56,905 nucleotides of DNA from Promethearchaeota archaeon (GTDB taxonomy: Archaea > Asgardarchaeota > Lokiarchaeia > Sigyniarchaeales > SOKP01): NCBI GenBank assembly GCA_019058365.1, contig JAHPZE010000028.1:1-56905 (forward strand). The letters are read 5' to 3'. Under the pieces are notes generated by a model, which saw only the letters and a program-made list of their open reading frames with translations, had not been told where the DNA came from and did not search any database. This document shows, in pieces, positions 9,924 to 18,925 of this stretch. The position numbers were made by a program, and so were the translations under genes. The stretch's first letter is position 1. Each line of letters starts with the position of its first letter.

Positions 9924-11804
9924 ATGGAAAAAATAAATTACGGTTTTAATGGAAAAATTGCATATGTTAATTTAAATAATCAAACCATTGAAGTGAAAAA
10001 TTTAGATGCTCGGATCGCAAAAGAGTATCTTGGTGGTACTGGGCTAAGCGCTAAATTAACATATGATTTGCTATCAGATAAGGATTATGAAGAGATAAAA
10101 GATGATCCCTTATCAGAAAAAAATCCGTTAATTTTTGCTACTGGACCTATAACAGGTACAATTAGGCCATCTTCAGGTAGATATTCTGTAACTGGTATAT
10201 CACCACTTACTGGAATTTGGGGAGAAGGAACATCAGGGGGATTTTTTTGCATTTCTCTTAGGAATTGTGGGTTTGATGCAATAGTTATTGTCGGGAAATC
10301 TAAAGATCCTATATATCTATATATTCATAACCAAGTAATTGAATTTAAAGATGCTAGTAAACTATGGGGTAAAGATACTTATGAAACACAGTCACTTATT
10401 AAGAATGAGTTAAATAATGATAGAATTAAGGTTGCCACAATTGGAATCGGTGGTGAGAATCTAGTAAAATATGCTGGGATTATAAATGATGAGGGGAGAG
10501 CTATTGGTCGATGTGGGTTAGGAACAATAATGGGTTCAAAGAAATTGAAAGCTATTGCTATTCATGGAACAGAAAAAATTTCAATTGCAGATCCTACGAT
10601 AGGTAAGAAATTAATAAAGGAAGACGAAGAAGCAAAAAAAGGAAATCTCCTTAAAACAACAACGCCACTTTTATATACATTATACGGAACAAATTGTTAC
10701 TTAGATATTGGCATGGCTCTTGGTGATACTCCTGCTTATTATTTTACTGAGACAGAATTTCCAGCAGAAAAGTTAACAGGTAAAACATTAAGAGAAGAAT
10801 ATCCTGTTTTAGATTATGGTTGTGCGGGGTGCACTATACAGTGTGGTAAACAAACAATTATTCAAGACAATGGCGAAGAAATAAAAGTTGATGGCCCTGA
10901 GTATGAAACTGTTGCTGCATTCGGGCCCTTACTAGGCATTTTTGAATCTAAAGATGTAATTTTAGCAAATCATTTATGCAATAGATACGGAATAGATACA
11001 ATTTCTTGTGGTGTGAGTATTGCTTTTTTGATATATCTTGTTGAAAATAATATACAGATTGATAGTATAAAGCAATTATTAGTGGATGTGAATCTTGAAG
11101 AATTAAAATGGAGTAAAGGAGCTATATTATTAAAATTAATCGAGAAAATTTCAAAGAGGGATGGAATAGGAGACTTACTTGCTGAAGGAGTAAGAGCAAT
11201 GGCGAAAAGACTTAATGTTGATCCAGAATTGGCTGCTCATGTAAAGGGTTTAGAAATGCCAATGCACGATCCTAGAGCCTTTGCTGGACAAGCTTTAAGC
11301 TATATTACATCTTGTGTAGGAGGAAGCCATCAAAAATGTGATTGGTACAGTGTTGAAATAACAACTGCCTCTTATCCAGATTTACGTGTGAAAATTGGCA
11401 AAAGTAGATCATTAATAAAAGGAAGAGAAAAAGGAGTTATGGCTTTACAAGATATTAGAGCCATAGATGATTCAGCTGTTAATTGTAGTTTTGCTAATCT
11501 TAGCTTGGAACATACTACAGGTCATATTAATGCTTCAACTGGGTTTGATTATAATAAAAAATCAATATTAAGGGTTGGAGAACGAATTAACAATCTTAAA
11601 AGATTGATCAACTGTAATTTAGGAATTACAAGACAAGATGATAGGTTACCAGGAATCTTGACTGAGGAGTTAAAAACAGGAAAAACGGTTCACGTGAAAT
11701 TAGATTTAGAAGAGAATCTAAAAGTTTATTATAATAAGAGAGGGTGGGATTGGGATACAGGCAGACCCTCTGAAGAAAAATTAAAAGAACTTAACATAAT
11801 TTAA
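9924..11804 (+). CDS. Tungsten-containing aldehyde:ferredoxin oxidoreductase family
   Basis: SPLTG, GRCGLGTIMGSKKLKAI, CAGCTIQC, GPEYET, GIDTIS, HVKGLEMPMHDPR. Confidence 0.92.
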   Translation: MEKINYGFNGKIAYVNLNNQTIEVKNLDARIAKEYLGGTGLSAKLTYDLLSDKDYEEIKDDPLSEKNPLIFATGPITGTIRPSSGRYSVTGISPLTGIWGEGTSGGFFCISLRNCGFDAIVIVGKSKDPIYLYIHNQVIEFKDASKLWGKDTYETQSLIKNELNNDRIKVATIGIGGENLVKYAGIINDEGRAIGRCGLGTIMGSKKLKAIAIHGTEKISIADPTIGKKLIKEDEEAKKGNLLKTTTPLLYTLYGTNCYLDIGMALGDTPAYYFTETEFPAEKLTGKTLREEYPVLDYGCAGCTIQCGKQTIIQDNGEEIKVDGPEYETVAAFGPLLGIFESKDVILANHLCNRYGIDTISCGVSIAFLIYLVENNIQIDSIKQLLVDVNLEELKWSKGAILLKLIEKISKRDGIGDLLAEGVRAMAKRLNVDPELAAHVKGLEMPMHDPRAFAGQALSYITSCVGGSHQKCDWYSVEITTASYPDLRVKIGKSRSLIKGREKGVMALQDIRAIDDSAVNCSFANLSLEHTTGHINASTGFDYNKKSILRVGERINNLKRLINCNLGITRQDDRLPGILTEELKTGKTVHVKLDLEENLKVYYNKRGWDWDTGRPSEEKLKELNII

Positions 11805-11852
11805 AATAAATTTTAATTTACTACTATTATTATTTGAATTTTATTGATTAAT

Positions 11853-12797
11853 ATGAATGTAAATAGTATTAAACGTATTTTGATTGTGGGAGCAGGAACG
11901 ATGGGACACTCAATTGCTCAGATATATGCTCAAGCAGGATATGATGTTGATTTAGTAGATAATAATGATGAAAAATTAATTCATGCTATAAGATTAATAG
12001 AATCAAACCTAAATATCCTTGCTGAATTTAAAAGAGTATATAATGAAGAAATTCCTAAGATTCTTAATAGAATTAATCCTACCACAAATTTAAAGAAAGC
12101 TGCTGAAAATGCAGACTTAATAACAGAAGTTGTTAGTGAAGTCCCTGAAGTGAAAAAAAGTGTGTTTTTCCAATTAGATAAATATTGTTCTGAAGAGGCT
12201 ATTTTAGCAAGTAACACTTCAACCTTAGATATCTTTAAGATAATTAAAAATATTAATAAAATCGAACGTGTGATTACCCATCATTATTATGCACCACCCC
12301 ATATTATACCACTCGTTGAAATAGCCCCTAGTCGAAAAACATCAAAGGAAGTTATAGATGTTTCGATAAGGATAATGGAAAAAGTTGGCAAAAAACCAAT
12401 TTTAATGAAAAAGTTTGCCCCTTTATACATCGTAAATAAAATCCAAAATGCTATCACTGGAGCCATGTACGAACTTATAACGAGGGGTTTAGCAACACCA
12501 AAACAAATTGATTTGGCACTAAAAACGTCGCTAGGAATTAAACTTCCAGTTGTAGGTCAAATTCAGTCTCAAGACTTTATGGGATTAGATTTAATAAATG
12601 ATATTTTAAAGACAAGAGGCATTAATGTAAATTTTATTAATGATAAAATAGAACAAGGACATCTAGGTGTAAAATCAGGGAAGGGATTTTATGATTATAA
12701 AGGACGGAGCGAACAAGAAATTCTCGAAAAAAGAGATAGATTATGTCTCCAAATATTAGAACTTCTTGAAAAGATAAATGCGTTTGACCCGATTTAA
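11853..12797 (+). CDS. 3-hydroxyacyl-CoA dehydrogenase family
   Basis: VGAGTMG, ASNTSTL, PPHIIPLVEI, GVKSGKGFYDY. Confidence 0.9.
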   Translation: MNVNSIKRILIVGAGTMGHSIAQIYAQAGYDVDLVDNNDEKLIHAIRLIESNLNILAEFKRVYNEEIPKILNRINPTTNLKKAAENADLITEVVSEVPEVKKSVFFQLDKYCSEEAILASNTSTLDIFKIIKNINKIERVITHHYYAPPHIIPLVEIAPSRKTSKEVIDVSIRIMEKVGKKPILMKKFAPLYIVNKIQNAITGAMYELITRGLATPKQIDLALKTSLGIKLPVVGQIQSQDFMGLDLINDILKTRGINVNFINDKIEQGHLGVKSGKGFYDYKGRSEQEILEKRDRLCLQILELLEKINAFDPI

Positions 12798-13900
12798 CAT
12801 TCAATTTGAATAATTAATTCTTCCTTATATCCAATTATAACTTTAGTAAATCCTTTAAACTGTTCATCAACCTTAAAATCACCACTATCCACTCTTAAAC
12901 ACTTTAATTCTCTCATCTTATTACTGGTAGCAATAATTCTTATATTTTTTTTCCCAACTACTTTTAGAATATTAGGAGTAAATTGTTTATTTCCTCTTCC
13001 AAAAATAAAACCTTGTCCACCTATAGGAGATACAATAATCTCAGCATTTGGATATAAGCTAATTAATTCCAAAATTCCCATTTCATTTAAATCTTTTCCA
13101 AGAATTTGTTTATTATAAACTGCATCTATCCCTAAAAGAGTTTTAGGCAAACTTAAATTATCTGTAATGGCTTTTATTGTAGTACCAGGCCCCAATAAAT
13201 ATAAAATATCATTTTTCATATTTTCAATAATAAATTGAGCAATTTCTTGTTTATTTTCTTCTATAGTTCTCCCAGATCCAGAACCTGTTTTGCCTGATTG
13301 TATTAAACTTAATATTTTTGGTACTTTCAAATATCCGTATAATTTTGCTTGTAATATATCCTTGCGAAAAAGTTCCTCATCAATATCAAGAACTTCTTTT
13401 TCCTGAGTTTCAATCGTTTCTTCGATAAATTTATCAATAATTTGTGCTGCGGCTCTAGGATTAATAGCAAAAACAGAGCTAAACATTTTTACACCAGCTG
13501 GTAATGCAAGCACTGGTTTTTCTAACCCAATTGAATCAAAAATATCTCGTGCAGTTCCATCTCCCCCACAAAAGATTAATAGATCAATACTTTCCCTAAC
13601 CAATTGTTTTGCAATTCTTTTTGTGTCTTCTTTTGTCGTGTCTTTACCAGTTTCTCCTATGATTCTATAGTCCATACCAATATCTTTTACAACATTGGCT
13701 CCCATCTTACCTGGTGCAACCAAAAGGGTAATATTGTCTTTATTTTTTACATTCGACAACAATTCATTTGCTCGTATTGGAGTTACTGGTGTAGCACCCA
13801 TCTTTATTGCTTCTTTGTATATCTCTCCATCAGTTCCTTTAAGACCTACGCTTCCGCCCATTCCAGCAATTGGATTTATAATTAAACCAATTTTTTTCAT
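12794..13900 (-). CDS. ATP-NAD kinase-like family protein (COG3199 type)
   Basis: INPIAGMGGSVGLKGTDG, GGDGTARD, GVKMFSSVFA, GGQGFIFGRGN. Confidence 0.88.
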   Translation of the reverse strand: MKKIGLIINPIAGMGGSVGLKGTDGEIYKEAIKMGATPVTPIRANELLSNVKNKDNITLLVAPGKMGANVVKDIGMDYRIIGETGKDTTKEDTKRIAKQLVRESIDLLIFCGGDGTARDIFDSIGLEKPVLALPAGVKMFSSVFAINPRAAAQIIDKFIEETIETQEKEVLDIDEELFRKDILQAKLYGYLKVPKILSLIQSGKTGSGSGRTIEENKQEIAQFIIENMKNDILYLLGPGTTIKAITDNLSLPKTLLGIDAVYNKQILGKDLNEMGILELISLYPNAEIIVSPIGGQGFIFGRGNKQFTPNILKVVGKKNIRIIATSNKMRELKCLRVDSGDFKVDEQFKGFTKVIIGYKEELIIQIEC

Positions 13901-14040
13901 TTTGTTAAATTATTTTTCGATTTTTGGTTTTATTCATTAGATTCTAACTTTAAACCCAATTAAATAGAAATTTTAATATTTATTAAAATATTTTAAATTT
14001 GAATAATTAAATCTTTTAATTTAACTATTAATATGCATCT

Positions 14041-14667
14041 ATGGAATATTGGAATAATAGATTCTCGGAAAAAGGAAAAATTTGGGGCACTGAACCTAGC
14101 AAAACCGCATTATACGCTTTTAAATTATTTATAGAATATGATATAAAAAAAATTTTAATTCCTGGTGCTGGTTATGGTCGACATACAAAATTCTTTTCAA
14201 TACATAATTATGATGTAACTGGAATTGAAATTTCTGAAAAAGGTATATCCCTGGCTAAAAAACTTGATTCAAAGTCGAATCTAATATTAGGATCTGTGCT
14301 AGATATGCCATTTGATGATGAGATCTATGATGCTATATTTTGTTATAACTTATTTCACTTATTACTTGAAAAACAACGAATCTCATTTATAGAAAAATGC
14401 TATAATCAACTTAGAAATGCTGGATTTATCTTTTTTTCAGTATTTTCTGAACAAGAAGAGAGTTTTGGCAGAGGAACTAAAATTGAGGAGAATACTTTCG
14501 AAAGTAAGCCCTATAGACCTACACATTACTTTACAGAAGAAGATTTATTACAGCACTTCTATGCTTTCTCTGTGATTGAAACAGGTATTATTGAAGAAAA
14601 AGAAAATCATGGTGAGCTTGGACCACATACTCACAGATTAAGATATATTTTTGTAAAAAAAGAATAG
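14041..14667 (+). CDS. Class I SAM-dependent methyltransferase
   Basis: ILIPGAGYGRH, GIEIS, GSVLDMPF, YDAIFCY. Confidence 0.88.
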   Translation: MEYWNNRFSEKGKIWGTEPSKTALYAFKLFIEYDIKKILIPGAGYGRHTKFFSIHNYDVTGIEISEKGISLAKKLDSKSNLILGSVLDMPFDDEIYDAIFCYNLFHLLLEKQRISFIEKCYNQLRNAGFIFFSVFSEQEESFGRGTKIEENTFESKPYRPTHYFTEEDLLQHFYAFSVIETGIIEEKENHGELGPHTHRLRYIFVKKE

Positions 14668-14684
14668 GAAATTATAAAGTTTTA

Positions 14685-15830
14685 CTATATCTTATTTATA
14701 GGATATTTCCCGAATTTATTCACTGTTTTTAAAATTGTTGGCACGGTAGTTAACATATGTAGAAATGACGGAAATCCTTCTGAAGTACCCATAAGAAAAT
14801 TATTTCCGGGAGCAGCACTATTAAGCATTTCTCGAACTTTCAATCTAACAGCTTTTTGGCCTTGAAGGCTTACTGGTTCAGGAAAATTCGCCCAAATTAC
14901 TTTGTCTTTCCATAGTTTCCTAGCATCCTCAATTAAGAAATCTCCTACAGGAGGCGGTGTGAAACTTTCAATCACATCAATACGTGTTTTAGCAATAAGA
15001 TTAGCGATGTTTTTTAAAGTACCATCCATATGTACTATATATATTTTATCTTGTTTATGAATTATATCTGCGACTTCATTATAAAAAGGGAGACTATATT
15101 TTTCGAATAGTTTAGGACTGGTTATAAGGCTAGTAACATTATCTGGACCCCAAATAGCATCAGCTGGAGATTCTGCTGCAATTTTATAAATTTCTAATTC
15201 CTTTTTGTATATTACTCCATAAAGTTCATCGAATTCTTTTTGATGCATGTAATAATCTAAAGCAAGCGTTTTAGGTCCCATCAACATGATAAGAGATTGA
15301 ATAGGCGACTTGGGTACAAATGTGTCAACAACCCCATAGTTTCCTAATATCATTTGGAACTCTTTTAGATCATCATAATATGGAATATATTCAGCATCGT
15401 CTATAAGATATTTAATAACTTCATAATCCTCAAGGGTTTTAATTATAAATCCATCTTCAGGAAACCATGGAAGCTGAATTGACATATCCAATCCTTTCAC
15501 ACTCGCTTTTAGAGTAGCATCTCCTTTGGGAGTACTAATTCTTCCCGTTATATCATGAGGACTATCTAATGCCATGAGAATATCTACAGGAGACCATGAA
15601 GTATGGCTTCCATAGTGATGAACGATATCCATCCTAGCATTCGGGCAAGAAACTTTATGTGATTGAGTAACCATTGATGCATGAATACATAATCCTTTAT
15701 CTAATAGTTTTCGCCATGGTTCATAAACTGCAAGCCCTGCTAATTGTAGAGTCTCTAAATAAACTGAATATGGTATTATGTCTGGTTCTTCACGATGAAG
15801 AACTGCTAAAATTCTTTCTTTAGCATTCAT
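14685..15830 (-). CDS. Uroporphyrinogen decarboxylase/MtaA-CmuA superfamily protein (putative corrinoid methyltransferase)
   Basis: MNAKERILAVLHREEPDIIP start, SPKLFEKYSLPFY, HMDG, ESFTPPP; ATGA overlap with the corrinoid gene. Confidence 0.8.
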   Translation of the reverse strand: MNAKERILAVLHREEPDIIPYSVYLETLQLAGLAVYEPWRKLLDKGLCIHASMVTQSHKVSCPNARMDIVHHYGSHTSWSPVDILMALDSPHDITGRISTPKGDATLKASVKGLDMSIQLPWFPEDGFIIKTLEDYEVIKYLIDDAEYIPYYDDLKEFQMILGNYGVVDTFVPKSPIQSLIMLMGPKTLALDYYMHQKEFDELYGVIYKKELEIYKIAAESPADAIWGPDNVTSLITSPKLFEKYSLPFYNEVADIIHKQDKIYIVHMDGTLKNIANLIAKTRIDVIESFTPPPVGDFLIEDARKLWKDKVIWANFPEPVSLQGQKAVRLKVREMLNSAAPGNNFLMGTSEGFPSFLHMLTTVPTILKTVNKFGKYPINKI

Positions 15831-16474
15831 AACCCAACCCACCCCTTACATTTCTTAACCCCATCAATAACATTCTTAGCTAAGGCGTCAGCACCGATAT
15901 CATCAACAAATTCTTGAGTTATGGGAGCACCACCAATAATTATCTTAATTCCATTTCGGAGGTTAGCATTTTCAAGCGCCTTCAATGTGTTACTCACTTC
16001 TGGCATCGTTAGAGTAATCAATGTTGAAATCGCGAGAATATCGGGCTTTTCATTTCTCACGCTCTCTACAAATTTATCTGGTGATACATCAACCCCTAAA
16101 TCAATGACTTCAAATCCCTCAGCTTGAAGGAAAAAACTAACAATATTTTTACCGATATCATGCATATCGCTTTTTGCTGTACCAATAACAATTTTACCAA
16201 GATTTTTTCTCTTCTCAGTACCTTTAATGTGAGGTTCTAAAATTTTCATTGCTTTTTTTACTATTTCAGCTGCCATGAAAAGTTCAGGTAAAAAAAATTC
16301 TTCATTTTCGAATTTATCCCCAATTATTGTCAAAGCTTTTGTGATTGCCATCTCAATAAATTTATAAGGGTCTATCCCTTGAGATATTGCGTTTTTACAT
16401 GCGTCTTTAGCACTTTTCATGTCCATATTCACTGTGGCATTAATAAAATCTTCAGCAATTTTTTCTTCTATCAT
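15827..16474 (-). CDS. Corrinoid (B12-binding) methyltransferase protein, MtaC/MtbC-like
   Basis: FFLPELFMAAE cap domain, DMHDIGKNIV (DxHxxG), DLGVDV, IIGGAP. Confidence 0.92.
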   Translation of the reverse strand: MIEEKIAEDFINATVNMDMKSAKDACKNAISQGIDPYKFIEMAITKALTIIGDKFENEEFFLPELFMAAEIVKKAMKILEPHIKGTEKRKNLGKIVIGTAKSDMHDIGKNIVSFFLQAEGFEVIDLGVDVSPDKFVESVRNEKPDILAISTLITLTMPEVSNTLKALENANLRNGIKIIIGGAPITQEFVDDIGADALAKNVIDGVKKCKGWVGL

Positions 16475-16555
16475 TTTCTTTAATAGTTTAATAATTTTTA
16501 ACAATGATAATAGATTCGTTTAAGGATTATTTATTAATATTCTATTGAGATTAAG

Positions 16556-17407
16556 TTATTTTTTACCTAATTTTTTACGTGCTTTCTTATAATCACGATC
16601 TAAGAACCAACGAACAAGTTTAGGAAAAAGTCTGTTTATATAACGAATCGATTTTGCCATACCTGGACTTATATGGAACTTATTTTTCATAACTTTTTCA
16701 ATCACGTATTCTGCAACCTCTTTGGGTTCTAAAAGCCCTCCAGATTCAGACATCATCATACATTCCTGTGGTTTACCCTCATTTTCAGTTGTGAGACCAG
16801 GAGTATTTGTATCAGGGGGATAAACTATAGAACATTTAATATTATAAGGTTTTAACTCGTTGCGTAAGACTTCAGCCAATCCTACAATAGCAAATTTAGT
16901 AGGGGCATATGCTCCATATCCCATTATACCCATATATCCCATCATTGATGAGAAATAGATGAGGTGTCCTCTTTTTTCTTTCATAAAATATGGAAGCACA
17001 ATAATAGTGGGTATTAACTGACCGTAATAATTAGTTTTCATATTTTTTTTAAAATCATCTAGGATGTAATCCTCAAAATATTTCGGGATGGCAAATCCTA
17101 CTATATTGAAGAGATAGTCTGGAAATTTGTACTTTTTGATGAAATTTTCAAGTAAAGGTTTTAGTTTTTCCATATCTGTAGCATCACAAGAAATTATCTC
17201 TATAAATTGAGACTCTTCTGAAATAAGTTTCTTAACCTCCTCTGCAGCTTCCTCTAAAACAGATTGTCGTCTAGCAACTATCAGTGCACTTCCGCCTAAT
17301 TGTACAAACTGTTTTGCTAGTTCCCTTCCCATTCCTGTTGAACCTCCAATTAAAAATGCGAGTTTCCCTTTAAAAGGTTTTTTTTTGATTAGCTTTTCTT
17401 TAACCAT
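16556..17407 (-). CDS. SDR oxidoreductase, 3-ketodihydrosphingosine reductase (KDSR/Tsc10)-like subfamily
   Basis: GGSTGMG, YAPTKFAIVGLAEVLRNE, VYPPDTNTPG..EN..KP motif typical of KDSR-like SDRs. Confidence 0.75.
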   Translation of the reverse strand: MVKEKLIKKKPFKGKLAFLIGGSTGMGRELAKQFVQLGGSALIVARRQSVLEEAAEEVKKLISEESQFIEIISCDATDMEKLKPLLENFIKKYKFPDYLFNIVGFAIPKYFEDYILDDFKKNMKTNYYGQLIPTIIVLPYFMKEKRGHLIYFSSMMGYMGIMGYGAYAPTKFAIVGLAEVLRNELKPYNIKCSIVYPPDTNTPGLTTENEGKPQECMMMSESGGLLEPKEVAEYVIEKVMKNKFHISPGMAKSIRYINRLFPKLVRWFLDRDYKKARKKLGKK

Positions 17408-17427
17408 TCTTTATAACCTCTCTTAGT

Positions 17428-17838
17428 TTAAAAAATCCTAAGTCCAAATGCACCAAAAATGATAAAAATGGGGCCAAATAATAACGTAAGAACAACAACA
17501 CCAATATTTACTATCGCATCAAATCCATACTTCTTTCTATCAAATTTCTTATTTTGGATATTAAAAGCTAAATCAATGATTCCTAAAAACATCATTCCGC
17601 TTCCAGCTAATGCGGAAAAGAAATATCCATATGTTTGCTCTAAAAGTAGACCAATTGCAGCTATGAGAAGATTAGGTACAATCCATCCTAAATCTGGAAA
17701 TGGAAATGATAATTCATGCTTACGTTCCACTTCTGACATTTTAGGATTTCGATATTCTGTAATATAAAAGGCTAACCAAAATCCAACAAATAAAAATATC
17801 CAAATAATCTGAAATATGGCAATTATTATATTTATCAA
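17428..17838 (-). CDS. Hypothetical 4-TM membrane protein
   Basis: Four hydrophobic helices; HELSFPFPD loop; GAGG upstream of a TTG start. Confidence 0.65.
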   Translation of the reverse strand: MINIIIAIFQIIWIFLFVGFWLAFYITEYRNPKMSEVERKHELSFPFPDLGWIVPNLLIAAIGLLLEQTYGYFFSALAGSGMMFLGIIDLAFNIQNKKFDRKKYGFDAIVNIGVVVLTLLFGPIFIIFGAFGLRIF

Positions 17839-17879
17839 TTTTCTTACCTCACTTTTTCTATTAATTATGTTATATTAAA

Positions 17880-18692
17880 TTATATATCTGATTTAAAATA
17901 ATGTGCTGGAACTCCAACTTCTGCAATTCCTCCATCTACGATAAAATTATGACCTGTAATGAAATTTGATGCTGGTGAAGCTAAGAAAATGGAAACCTCA
18001 ACAACATCCTCTACTGTACCATATCTATTCAAGGGCGTTTTTACATGGCCTTCATCCATTGTCATTTTCATTGCCTCCAAATTATTCCTATATGCGCCTG
18101 TTAAATGATATCCAGGTGAAATTGCATTCACAGTTATTCTTGGAGCAAGACTCTGAGCTAGGATTTGCATCATAGCGATAACCCCCGCTTTACTTATTGA
18201 ATAATCAGGGATTCCTGGATCTACTCTCACCCCAGAAATAGATGCTGTATGAATAATCTTTCCCGCTAATGGTTCAAAGGTTTGCTTTTTCATCTTTTTA
18301 GCAATTTCCTTTGCAACTAACCATTGTCCTTTTAAATTAAGTGCGATTGTTTTATCAAAAAGCTCCTCTTTTACTCTAAATGGATCTTTATAAAATCCAA
18401 ATCCTCCACCAGCATTATTATTCAAAATAAAAATATTATCTAATTCTTCAAAAGCTTGTTTAGCCATATTTTGAACTTGATCTGATTTTGCTACATCACA
18501 TATAATTGGAATCACTTTTTGACCGGTTTCTTTTTCTACTTTTTTAGAAGTTTCTTCTAATAATTCCTTATTAATATCAACTAATATTAAATCCGCCCCT
18601 CTCTGTGCATAAGCAAATGCAAAACCTCTTCCAAACCCTGAAGCACCACCAGTTATAAGAGCTCCTTTTCCTTCTAAAAATTTATCAACCAT
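17880..18692 (-). CDS. Classical SDR oxidoreductase (FabG-like)
   Basis: TGGASGFG, NNAG, YSISK, NAISPG, VDGG. Confidence 0.9.
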   Translation of the reverse strand: MVDKFLEGKGALITGGASGFGRGFAFAYAQRGADLILVDINKELLEETSKKVEKETGQKVIPIICDVAKSDQVQNMAKQAFEELDNIFILNNNAGGGFGFYKDPFRVKEELFDKTIALNLKGQWLVAKEIAKKMKKQTFEPLAGKIIHTASISGVRVDPGIPDYSISKAGVIAMMQILAQSLAPRITVNAISPGYHLTGAYRNNLEAMKMTMDEGHVKTPLNRYGTVEDVVEVSIFLASPASNFITGHNFIVDGGIAEVGVPAHYFKSDI

Positions 18693-18925
18693 CTTTTTTT
18701 TTCACTTTTCTACTTTATATCTTTAGATGCTGCTAATAATTATTATTTTTTTCAAGTATATAAAACTATAAACTTGGAATGAAGTATTACATTGAGTGAA
18801 GAAATCTTATGATGAAATTATTTTAACTAATTTTTATCTCAAATATATAAGAAAACTTGAATACCAAAACTTTAATTATTATATGGGTATTAAAAGTAAA
18901 TATAGAAATATCAAGTGAATCAAAT

